Source: Phoronis australis
Taxonomy: Eukaryota > Animalia > Phoronida
DNA: 64,000 nucleotides
NCBI GenBank assembly: GCA_002633005.1
Contig: NMRA01000109.1
Coordinates: 532,624-596,623 of the forward strand
Direction: 5' to 3'
The notes beneath the pieces were generated by a model that searched no databases, had not been told where the DNA came from, and saw only the letters and a program-made list of their open reading frames with translations. Shown here piece after piece: positions 25,215 to 36,990 of this stretch. How positions within the stretch are numbered: position 1 is the first letter of the stretch; every line of letters starts with the position of its first letter. The position numbers and the translations under genes are program-made.

Positions 25215-25472
25215 CTGCAAGAAAAGTATGATTGTCAATTTCGTTGACCAGTTTCGTGCCAATGGTGCATAGCCCACAACATGCAAATCATTTCTTAATT
25301 TTATGTGACGATACCAAGTATAATTTTGAACTTTAAATTTCACAGTAGATTGTTAACTAGGTTTTTACACACTTATCACGAAGGATTGCAAACTATTGTC
25401 GTCGTTTGCACGTGCTACAACTAAGACTTCTTATGATACTTGTTAGAAGTTAAATATGAGTCGAACACCTAC

Positions 25473-26082
25473 CCGGTTCTTCAGTGTACGGTCCCAACCA
25501 CTTACGAGCCAATTTGATGGCGTGCGCCGTTTCTGGAGAGTCCGATTTGTGAGGACTTTTCCTTCGAAGTGGCGGAGCGTCGGTGTTAGACATGTATGGA
25601 ATAGTCGACGCTGCACTTTGATTCAAAGCTGCAATCTTCGGTGGACTTGGCCCCTGTCGTCCGTCGACATACATGTCACCTAACGTGGGGTTGATGGCAT
25701 TCCCCATCTGATTGGACGCATAGAATTGGTTCTCGCTTGTAGACGGTACGGAACAGTGGTCGCTTTGTGCAGTTGCTTGCGACGGATACTTTGCCAGGCG
25801 ATCAAACTTTGCAGTAGACTGACCAGAATGGTTTAAGGTACAAGATATCTTTGAGCCGTCTTCCAGCCTACAACGATCAGAAAATGCAGGAGAAGAAGAC
25901 GAAGACAGATTTTTAGAACGACCCAAAGAAGCTCTTACCTCACTTTCTCTCTTGCTATCGCTGCCGGAGGTGTCGGAGATTCGATTTCTCCCTCGCATCA
26001 TCGCAGCTTTTCTCTGTCGACGCCGTTTGATGGTCTTAGGCGATGCACTTTTCCCGGGCGTATTTACAGATCTAGAATTCAT
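25473..26082 (-). CDS. Divergent protein kinase, exon 1 (basic, Ser-rich N-terminus)
   Basis: ATG at 26082 followed by 203 open codons, including the NLS-like KRRRQRK. Donor G|GTAGGT at 25472 in phase 1. Confidence 0.75.
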
Positions 26083-26260
26083 AGCGAATTCCTCGATATA
26101 TTAGCAGAAATGTCTTTTTTAAATCGCAGAAAAATTTTTCGTGCGGTTTTGTCGTGTGGTAAAACACAAACTCACGACGAATGACGTTTTGAATTGTGGA
26201 CGTCACAAAAACATCATCCACTGTGACGTGCATTAACCAATCTGACACAAACTTCCCATT

Positions 26261-26453
26261 TGTCAATTGTCATATAGTGTTTGATTTTATTTTATTTCTG
26301 TTTCTGTTGACAAAGGACGTTATTACATCCGAAAATTTCAGTTGATCCATTCTTGTTGTTTTATTTACCTATTTATATTCTACATTTCGTGAAACAATAG
26401 TATCCTTGGGAGGATATGGATCACCTTATTTAGTTTCAGATTTATTTTCTACG
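26261..26453 (+). mobile_element. Solo Penelope pLTR/3' end (same family as 21962-22161) with a 10-bp flanking direct repeat CCATTTGTCA
   Basis: Aligns to 21962-22161 with scattered substitutions and a 7-bp indel. CCATTTGTCA occurs at 26256-26265 and 26454-26463. Confidence 0.85.
26307..26339 (+). ncRNA. Hammerhead-ribozyme-like motif (U3-A8 variant) in the solo pLTR
   Basis: TTGACAA-A-GGACGT-tatt-ACATCC-GAAA-ATT-TC. Confidence 0.6.
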
Positions 26454-28130
26454 CCATTTGTCATTAAATGCGATTTTTCCCTCTTTCGCTGAAATGCTAC
26501 ACTTTTTACCTACAGCAACTGAGAGTTATAAAGTGACGAAATGAGCTTTGTACACTCCTAAAATCAGTCTCATAATGTTCCTTACCGTGATAGGATTCTG
26601 TTTCTGTTACCAACTCAAGTAACAGACAATGCGTACATTCACAATTTTAGGGTTATTCAACTTCGAAAAAGTTTCATTGAGTCGCTGATAGTTTTAATGT
26701 TCTAGAATCATGTTACTTCCAGGAGCATTATGATACTGACTTTATAAGAGTAATAGGCGCATTTCGGTTTTTCTCTTTAGGTACCTTAACAGGGCGGAGT
26801 GCAACTTTAACACAGTCGCATCTTACATTTTTACCGTTTTGCCGCGCCATTAGACCCATGGGCGCCTGTGGGAAACTAGTGGGCTTCTATGCAAAACTTA
26901 GGCGCACGCGCCTGCGAACCTTTTGGACAAAAAGACCACGAGAAAGGCATTACTTCGGATATAGGCCTATGGGCATAAAGGCGCGACCATACGGTTATAG
27001 GATTGAGAACTGTCAGTTCCGCGTTATTGCTTTATACCAGCCACGTTGAAATCCTTATCTCAAAGGGTAGGCTATTTCAAAAACTGAAAAATATATACCA
27101 AATTAAGTAGGCCTAATAAGTAACATGGCATAATGCTTACTTCTTTCTGCTATCAAATTTATAGAATGTGTTACTTAACAAAACAATACAACAAAACTAA
27201 AAGCCTTTTTAAGCACAATTTTGTACATTAGAAAATCTTCGACTATCCTCGTCGATTTCCTTGACCTCAATTTATATGCATTAGTTAATAAACAATTCCT
27301 GAATAACGGTCATGTTGTCCTGGAAAAACTATTGATATCACCTAGAGCATCATAAATGCGTTATTTTGTTTGGTAATTGTTTTTGATTCTCATTTTGGTT
27401 CTTTTTATACAAATTTGAATAACCATTGCTCAAATGATACCTGTTCTTTGCATATGACGAAAGGTATTTAATGAAATCATAAGTTTGTGAAAACGTCGCA
27501 TCTCCCGCAGCCAATACTCGGCTACTAAGTTTGCTTGTGGCGATTTGTTAGTTTCAGTCGCCAAAGCAGTGTGGTCGTCCAATTCAAGCAACTGATAAGA
27601 ATAAAATGACGTTGCTTTGGAATAGCAAGAATAGGTCTGAGAACAATAGTTTTCGATATCAGAGCATGGATTACAGCGGCTTTAGGTAAAAGCTGAAGTA
27701 TACAAAATAGTAAACGTGCACATGTAACAATTGCAACTTTCTCAGGTTTTATCGTATAGTTTGAAGGTTGGACCATCAATGGAAAGGACAGGCATGAAAA
27801 TGATGAGATTTGGAAATGGCAGTGTTGTGAAAATAGTAATTTATCCCATACGCATTGAATCTGTCCGTGTAATAAAGTTTTCCGTATTCACCTCCCGCAC
27901 TACTTCAACAGTGACCTCTGACATGGAAAGTTTAAAAAGTAAGTCTATGTCGACTCGACGTCTTCAGCCGGTTCGATCATCAAACTTTCCGTATATAGTT
28001 TAAACCAATACAGTTGCAGCAGTGTAACTAACACTCGACATGGAACCAGGCCCTGAACGTAAAATCTGGAACAAAACTGTTAATTATATGACACTTCTGT
28101 CTCTGAATACCAGCATATAGTCTACAACTA

Positions 28131-28427
28131 GAAAATTTAATTTCACGCAAAATAAATTGTGTTTGGTTTGCATCTCTCTTTCAACCTACATTGTGTGGTA
28201 TTGCAAACTATATTCAGTTCGTATGCTGACGTTAACGGTTAGTTGAAATGTCGAGCTAATAAATACACAAAACCTTCGGTCTCGGTCGATACACGGAATA
28301 ACGTTACGAGTGGGATATTACTTCATGTACGCCACTCTCGTTACGTTTTGTTTGCAATACCACACCATGTATGTTGAAAGAGAGAGAAATCAAACACAAT
28401 TTATTTTACGTGAAATTAAATTTTTTC
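28131..28427. mobile_element. MITE with ~75-bp imperfect terminal inverted repeats
   Basis: aaaatttaatttcacgcaaaataaattgtgtttg..tgtggtattgcaaac pairs with gtttgcaataccaca..caaacacaatttattttacgtgaaattaaatttt. Confidence 0.8.
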
Positions 28428-29575
28428 GTGCATGCGTACAACTTAGGTAGTAATACTGTGATGGCAAAGTGAATAAAACTTGCGTTTGAAACCCGACACA
28501 ACTATGACACTTTGTTGTGCAAATTGAGAAATGGAAAAATGATCCCATCCATCATAACTACATCCTTCCCATTTCTCGGCCGTACTTCTCATTTATCGCC
28601 ATTGCAGTCCAAGCTTCATGTTGGGGACTTCTCATTTATCACGTACTCCCCATTGCACAAGTCCAAGCCTCGTGTTGGCCGAAATCTTGTTCTTGCAAAA
28701 ACCCAAAAATAATCTATTGTTCATTTTGAACAACAGAGAAAATGCTGTGCGTGTACGATTTCACTTCAAAAGTTTAGAACACGCTATTCCCATTTCTTGG
28801 CGCGCGGTAAGGTGTTGCCATTCATCTTTAGATTTAAAATGCGCTATAATGCTTAGCAACGATATCAAAGGATTTGTGATAACGGATTTGACGAGAAGCG
28901 AAAGAACATAGAAACGCTGATTGTCGCTTCACAGTTGTGCTCGTAACATTTGGGACTTATTCAGGTGGCACAAACAGGTCGAAGGGAATCAAAATTAATC
29001 TACTATAATTATCGCATACTCCCTCTCTTATGGTATATTCAGTTGAACAGAGATTCTTCATTTGAAACAATTTGTGATCATGTAACACTTCCGACTATCT
29101 CGGGTTTGATTTCAAACTTATAAAACTTTTTAAAAAATTTGTTCTGTACTTAAACCTGTCTAAGAATCATTTTTATAGTAAAGTAACACATTTCCGACTC
29201 CGTTTGATATGTAGTCACCTTGACTAACCGTGAATTAATTATTTCGACGTTATCATAGCAGGATTTTCTTACAAAGTAAACACGAAGCGCGATACGTAGA
29301 GCTGACCATGTAGTCTGAGATGCTAACATGTCGCTCGGCATTTGGGCAGCTTGCTTTGCAACTTTTCTGACGGCAGCTCACGGAGTTACAACTGGTAAGT
29401 CGTAACACGCGACAAACGAAAATTTATGAGCTCAGGTAAGAGGGACAATTGTGTATCAAAACTTCGAAGCACAGCATGTAGGTGCTTAATACTTGTCCTC
29501 TGTGGCAGGCGAGAACTGCACTGCATGAAACCATAAACGACAAGTTCCTGATCACTTTCCAGCGCAGCCGTGGCG

Positions 29576-29916
29576 ATGCACTGCGAACATATAGTATGTT
29601 GCAGGCATACTTATTGTAAGATTCTTTTACGTGTACTGTTACCTTTGTTAACCTTCCGACTATTTAGCCCAACTTCTTGTTTTTCTCTTAATATAGAATG
29701 GGCGAAGTATTCCATGGTTCCAGAGTATTGCCCTCCATATGACAATGAAAACGGCGAACGACAGAGTGGGTTCTACTGCCCAGACACCATGAGCGTATGG
29801 GGACAAAATCAAGTCTATTGTTGCGGTAATGAACACAAAAGGTTCTGCTGCCATCTAACGAGCCTCAGCTTGAGACACAAGAACGAATCGCAAGCATTTC
29901 AAGTGTTCCTGAATTA
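29576..29916 (+). CDS. Shisa-domain membrane protein, coding exon 1
   Basis: Hydrophobic signal-like segment ILLRVLLPLLTFRLFSPTSC, then the six-Cys Shisa pattern EYCPPYDNENGERQSGFYCP..YCCGNEHKRFCC. Upstream acceptor ctttccag at 29562; donor gtaagt at 29917 (phase 2). Confidence 0.85.
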
Positions 29917-30841
29917 GTAAGTAATAAAAGTTCATGGGCGCAGAAATTGGGGGCGAGCGCCCCCTATCACGAAAGTGAGTGGGACAGTTCTCCCACCCCC
30001 CACTTCCACTAAACAGGGACATGGGAGGTGGGGGAAGGGTATGTGCCCCAAATAATTTACAGGCGAGATAGTAAAACCCCAGCGACCGAGAAAAATAGTA
30101 CAACGAAACATGTGAGAGAATCACTTAGAGACCATTTGTCAACTACCGTGAAGGAAAGGAGGCCCTGGTCAAGACATTTTTGATTGCGAGTACCCAGTTT
30201 TAAAAAATCGTACACAAACTTCTAAAAAACGAGTACAAAGCTTTATTTTCGAGATCCTTATTCTAGAGCGGTTAGTCCTCCAATTCGGATCTGTTTCTTT
30301 TCTCGCTTACACTCAGAATGTTCTGACTTGAGCACCCAGCCGTCCGCGCCCAACGGATCAAGGTGGTCGCCTCGTTTTCAATTATCGTTGACTGCTTTTT
30401 AGCAGTCGTCAGTTTATTACAAAATCATAAAACACACATAAGATTTTGCCGTTCTATGGCTCTGGTCAAAGCAAAATAATTTCAAAGAAGGCAAATATAC
30501 TAAAAATAGCCCAAAAATGCGGATTGTTTTCGGCCGTAGAACCCGATGCTATTCCCTCAGCTGAACCCACTTTAATCGAAGATAACCTGCCTATTTCATG
30601 AAAATCATGTTCAACCCATATTTATAGGGAGGGAAGAGATGCCTGTCATTTAATGGCACTGAGCGTGGTCTCAATAACTGACCAATCATTGTTGGTGCTT
30701 TGCAAACCTACGAATCACTTCTCATCACAGTAAGGGAAAACTTAGACGCAATATTTAGCGGTAAAATGTCCAAGCTCGCTTCTTGGATGTAACGCTGGGC
30801 TAGAAACCGTTTAAAGCATGTTCATTATTCCAAATTGAGAA

Positions 30842-32308
30842 AACAAGAGCAACTCGGAGCATTGAAATGCGCCCACGAATGCACTACAAACAGTTGATTT
30901 CTAGGGGTGTTTATTTGGAACATAAAAATGGACGCTAGATGGCTCAAAATATGTCGAATCCATCCGAAAACTGGTATGTGTCATCAAAACTATTTACCAA
31001 ATTTCATAAAAATCCATCAAGGAACTTCTGAGAAATCGAGGAAAACGAAAAAAGGAAATTGCCACTAGGAGGCTATAGGCGCAAAAAAGGTGCCACAGTA
31101 GATGAAGTCGTCGGAAAATTATCGTCAGACTTTTTCTTCACATTACTGAGGAACTTACATGCCAATTTCCACAACCATCCTTAGAGTGGTTTGGTCGACA
31201 GAGGGGCAGACACCAAATAACAGGACTCGGAAACAGTTAAAATGTCCACTAGGTGGTGCAAGATACCACGAATCAAACCGAAAACCAAAGGGTAGCGTCA
31301 ACTGACTATTAGATGCCTATCCATAACGCAAGATCGTCGTGAGAGACCGTCCGGAGTTGGTATATGGTGCAACTCCGGACGGTCTGGGCTCAACAGAAAT
31401 CCACAGTTCTACTGTGAGTCTACATCAATGTGATAAACGAGAGTAGTTCTACTTGCCGCGTTAGCTGCAGGTATCATTATCGTTTTTATGACACAAAATG
31501 TGTAACTGGGCAAAGATTTTTCAACTTATGTATATAAACCAGTGGAGCGTGAGACCCCTGAGGTCACTGTCAAGTCCTCACGACAATTCTACGTTATGTG
31601 CGAAATTTTATGAAAATCCGGTGACGACCTTTGAAGATACGGAGGTAAACATAGAAACTAAAATTGCCACTAGGGGCCACCATGGTAGTCCGATCCGTCC
31701 GAAAGTCGCCTTCCTCTGTTGTAATATAAATGCACCACCAAAATTCAATGAAGATCTTGTACAGTGTTTAGGAGATACAGCCATGGGCGCAAAAACAAAC
31801 AAAACTGCTACTAGGAGGCGCAAAAGTAGTCGAAGTCGTCGGAAAACTATCGTAAGTCGCCCTCTTTATAGTAAGAACATATATGCCAATCTTCAAAATC
31901 ATCCCTAGAGCGGTTTGGTTGATAGAAGGGCAGACGCCAAAAAAGACTCGAAAACAATACAAAATGGCCACTAGGTGGCACAAAGTATTTCGAATCCTTC
32001 CGAAAACGGGAGGATGGCATAATGTCACTAATAGATGCGTAACTGCCAAATTTTATGAAAATCTGTTGAGGACCTCCAAAGCTACAGATGTAAGCGTTAA
32101 AAAGTAAAATTGCCACGAGGGGGCACACCGGTAGTCAGAGAGGTCCGAAATTCATCAACCGTCATCAGCTTCATAAGCAACACATCTGCCAAATCTTATT
32201 AATGTCCTGCGAGGGCTTTAGGAGATACAGCTGCGGACGCCGGACGCCCAACCAGAGATGACCGCAATATACGACCACATATAAATAGTGTGAGCGCATG
32301 CATAAAAA
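30842..32308 (+). mobile_element. Helentron/HINE-like non-autonomous repeat with internal degenerate subrepeats (in the Shisa intron)
   Basis: Starts aacaagagc and ends gcgcatgcataaaaa, with recurrent gccactagg-type motifs. Homologous to 60142-61020 (inverted) and about 48850-49110. Confidence 0.65.
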
Positions 32309-32419
32309 TAAGAGTAACGAACGTCATTACGTTATAGACGAAGAGGGTCTGTAAGAAACTTTATTTTGACACGGTTATATAGTTTATAGGTGTGAATTCA
32401 TAATGTATTTCTATTGCAG

Positions 32420-32522
32420 CTGTCCATATATCATAGTGATGGCGTGCGTGATGTATTTGATGGTACTGGTTCGTCTGGTGAAAGGATGTAACAGAACAGT
32501 GATCCACGTAGCACCACCCTAG
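32420..32522 (+). CDS. Shisa-domain membrane protein, coding exon 2 (TM helix, short tail, stop)
   Basis: Acceptor tttctattgcag. In phase it gives YCPYIIVMACVMYLMVLVRLVKGCNRTVIHVAPP*. AATAAA occurs at about 32736 and 32767. Confidence 0.8.
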
Positions 32523-33283
32523 CAGCGGTTTAAAACAAGTGACGCCTGTGAGGAAGTACTAAAAACGCAAGGGCTCAATCTGTGAAAACACTTTCTATTG
32601 CTGTACCTCCACACACCGTCCAAACAACCTCTGAGATTAAGCACTACATAAAAGAGGGCTAGGTGGCTGTTCAATCTCCAATCATGGGAACACTTACTGG
32701 TTGCTACGGTAAATTTCCATTCAAACTGTGATTCAAATAAACAATGTCTGGATCACACAATAGAAAAATAAATGATCATTTTCTTAAGCTTGTGAAAATA
32801 ATGCTCCAAGCACTAGCTGTTACAAGTCAATCAAAGATACATGCCAACCCAAGGGAACGCTAGCGGTGACACAAACTACAAAGCACAACTTACAACAATT
32901 TTCCAACACCAATTAAAGCGACTATAAATCTACCTTCCATCATAAATCCAACTTTTGATTAGGCCTCCAACTGATATGAAATTGGTCTAGAATTGTTAGT
33001 TAATTTGGACGAGACTTCAGGGCTTTCTAAACACCTGGCAGTTGCACGTCATTATTGCTCTAGACAATGCTCGGCAAGTCTATTGACCACGGTCGTTTTA
33101 TGCGTGGACCATGAAGTAACAAACTGTAAGTTCTTTGCAAACCCAGAAACCCCTCCTAATTTGAGTAAGAAATAAGCTTAGTGGTGTAAATAAGTACTTC
33201 AATTCTTGAATGGAACAGGGACTTTAAATATCATCCCATCTATGGTTAAGAAGAAATGTTGGACCATGAAAAATTCAACAGAG

Positions 33284-33450
33284 CCCAGGGTCTAATCTCT
33301 ATAATCAGAACTCGGCTCGCAGTTTGAGCAATTACAGGGCCCAGTTGGCAGCCTGAATGGTTAGGTCCTAGTTCAAAGATTAGACCCCAATTACAGGGCC
33401 CAGTTGGCAGCCTGAATGGTTAGGTCCTAGTTCAAAGATTAGACCCTGGG
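33284..33450. mobile_element. Short MITE containing a perfect 59-bp tandem duplication
   Basis: TIRs cccagggtctaatct and agattagaccctggg. The 59-bp unit occurs at 33329 and 33388. Confidence 0.7.
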
Positions 33451-36400
33451 TCGTATCTTGTTACTAATTTTTTTTTCAAATTTGTTCATAGTTTCAAAGT
33501 ACATGTATGGATACAAAATGAATCATGTGTATATCAACATACAGAAACTGACAACAATATAGCTAAACATCAGCAGCAATTTTAACAATCAGATTAACTG
33601 ATACAGACTTGACATGAATACTCAACCTAGTATAATTCATTTCTGGAAGAATTTCATGTGAATACACATTTTACATGTGCAGCCAACTTTTACCCCTGAG
33701 AGAACTGGCATGTAACACCATATCTATACAGCAAACCAGAAACAATGTACTCTTGAAGGTACATGTCTTCAACGCAATAAAAGCAGAATTGCTTCAAACA
33801 GTTAACCTAAGCAAAGCTTATAATGTATATCTTGTAAGAAACAACATACAGAAAGAGTATATAACTATTCACTAATAGCTCATTTACTGTTCTGAAGTCT
33901 TACATGCAATGCTAACTTGAATATCACCCAAATAAAATCATAGCATCAACTAAATAATAAGCATGTAACTTAGATGGTCAGTATTTGCTCACGCGATGTT
34001 CAAACAACGTTCATCTCATACCAATGACTACACTTAATTGACTTCGCAAGGTCAACTGCATAAGACATTTGATTGGTTCTCGATAAAGGCTTACAAACCA
34101 ATCATCAGATGTCTTAGCCAGTTCACCCGGCAGCACCAGAAAAGTCAATCACGTGCAGTCATTGATAACAACCACAGTTTTGAAATAAAATTATTTCATA
34201 TCCGAAATCCAATCTTTGCACCCAAATTCCACACATGTGTTGGTATTTTTCAGCTCTACATTATAAGAACTAGAGACATGCGACATAAGATCAAAAATCT
34301 ATTGTTCTATTTGAACCAACTTCTAGCCTACTTACACAGCACATTTTGACAGACCATTTCTCAGGCCATCTTCAGTCTTTTCAGTATTTTCTGAAGAACA
34401 TAACTACGGTATCATGGATATGTAGTGCACGCCAAGTGGTCAATGAGAACTTTTTCGAAACTTTTCGGAATTTTTGTACTTTTTCCTAACAAAAGATCCT
34501 TGCATTGTTAATCCAGTGCTTTAACGTCTACTCGACAGAGTCAGCCAATTACAAGACACATTGTGCCAATGTAAATAGACTAGAGGCTCAAGGTCTTACT
34601 ACATCAAAGTCTCAAGGCAGTTTAGAAACCAAAATAAGGGCTTTGTGCTTCAGTAACCAATCAACAAGCACACTTGATGATTCCAACATTAGAACAGAAT
34701 GTTTTGAGTTGTGGCATCAAACTATATGTCATCATAGTCACACTTGGATTATTAACTCATCTACCTCAAGTAGACCTCAAGTTCATATTGAAGCATAATA
34801 AATAATAATTTCTGAGTTAAATATGAAGTTACTTTTCATTAAAGAGACCTCTGAACTTTAGAGAGGGAAATTCAGTTAAATGCTGTCTTTTAATGAAACA
34901 GACTCCCGACTGCAACAACATATTGCATGAAGTCCCACCTACCAAAAACTGTATGAACATAGTTACAGGAAATGTCTGAAAGAAATTTAGGGCAAAATGC
35001 TTACAATGCAACTGCAATTGACAAGCCACTGGCATAAGTCAACTTCTCATCAGTCAGAATAAACAATCAATCCAAGTCCTTCAATGAGAGACAGAAAAAT
35101 ACAAATTAAATGACTGTTTTGCGAGCCTGCGGGACACTAAAGATTGGTATTGGAGCTAAATATAGGCACAACTTCAGCAACTTTCAGTTCGAAGGCACTT
35201 CATCTGTAAAAAGAAATTATTCTGACTATAAGACACACACAGTTTTGCAGCAAGTCCTAATATGCATAATTTGTTAAATACACAGCAGTGAGGCATGTTA
35301 CCCCGGTAATTACTTTACTGGACACCTGCTCAAAATCCCAGTATATTCGCTATTCCTTCAAAGAGCAAGAATAAAGTATAAGACTAACAGACACTACAAA
35401 GATACACTAAACAAGTTCTATACCTCGGGATCAGTCCAATTTTATTTTCAGACAGGAGGCAAGACAAGTAAGCAAGGATCCATTTAAAAAAGTAATGAAC
35501 ATCACTGACATGTATTCAACAAATTTAAAATAAAAACAGAAACGTATCACAATGGAACAGAAGCGAATATTTTTAAGAAATGCAAAAATTGTCGGTAATG
35601 CAATATTCACAGACAACTCACAGATTATTGTGACAATGACTGAAAAAAAGACTTGAGTTGCTAAAGAGGTCCCACCACGTATTTTCTTAGTTTTTGAGGT
35701 TTCAGTAAGCTAATATGAAATAAATAGCATAAAAACTAACTAAATAAGCACTTTTTATGCTAATTGTCACGATTTTTTAGTTTTGAAGAAAATTTAGCTA
35801 TTTCCCCAAGTTTCCCATTAAATGATGCAATGGGTAGAAGACGTTTGGTCACTTGACAATCAATTGCAATGGTGGAACACAGCATATCAGAAGACGAGCA
35901 TAATTTTGAGCGAGAACTGGATAACTATTAAGCAAAACGGACACTTAATAATTACTGATAAAGGTCACAGTAAACCTGGGTCACTCGTATTCACTATTGT
36001 CATGATGGAATGAGCATAGTCTAAACACAATGCATAAGCCTGCGTGTCGTTGCACTCTATCTGGGCTGGGGATTAAGGCCTGGCATCACTCGCCCTAAAA
36101 TGGAAGCAGTTTGTTCATTATTTGTAAAATTTGCAAATATATTGACAAGATGGCGAGTCCTTCATCTTAATGCCCGTGTGTTTGGTCGAAACGAGATTCC
36201 TTGTAATGTGCCAAACAAAGGGTAGTTCCCGAATAAATTGCATGTTCCACACTGACATTCTATACTCCTGTACAGTGCACAAACCGATGCCAATTCTGTG
36301 CAACTTTCACGTCTTTACGAAATTTGAACACAGAGACATTCTCGGTCAAGTTGCTGTTACTACATACAGCCTCCACAAACGCACGTTTTTATGTCTTAAA

Positions 36401-36694
36401 AAGGCAGCTCTCCGCAGACTTTCTCACCACTCCTCAGTATCGACTGGTAAAAACAACAATGGCCGAAACAGTCTTCCACCCATTACTCACAACCCCGATA
36501 ACAGCAAAATATTTTTTTTAAATTTTTGGTTCGTTTCTTAGCAGCAGGTATACTAAAGGCTATTAAATCTCTTAAGAGGTATTAACTTAAATGTTTTTGA
36601 GACACAGAGTCATGATGGGAACTCTTCAATCTCTTATGGTATCAGTTTTAAGACATGAATGAGATCTTCAGAAGTATCCTCCCTTTATTTGTAT

Positions 36695-36990
36695 CAGGGC
36701 TTGGAATGACCAATGGCGAAAAACGCGGAAATTTTTACGGCCCGAAACATGCGCAGCCAGCCTTGGAAAAGTCGGTGTGGACCTTTTGCCCACCTAAATC
36801 GAGAGGACATGAAGAGCAACTTCCGCTTTTCGAGGTGAAAGTCGTCGGCAACGCGGCGGTAAGAAAGACATTTGCCGCGGAAATTTTATATCAAATCCGA
36901 TTCTTTTTACGCGGAAATATAATAAAATACGCGGAAAGAACATTTGAAAAAAGCGGAAATCCGCGTTTCCGCGGAAAATTCCAAGCCCTG
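36695..36990. mobile_element. hAT-like MITE (CAGGG termini) with a 6-bp TSD (TTGTAT)
   Basis: TIRs cagggcttggaat and attccaagccctg, with TTGTAT on both flanks and several internal cgcggaaa motifs. Confidence 0.75.

Noticed and set aside
27720-28070. Possible minus-strand exon with a WFHVEC (PHD-like) peptide after a ttttgttccag acceptor
   Set aside because: All frames I translated contain stops and no partner exons were found.
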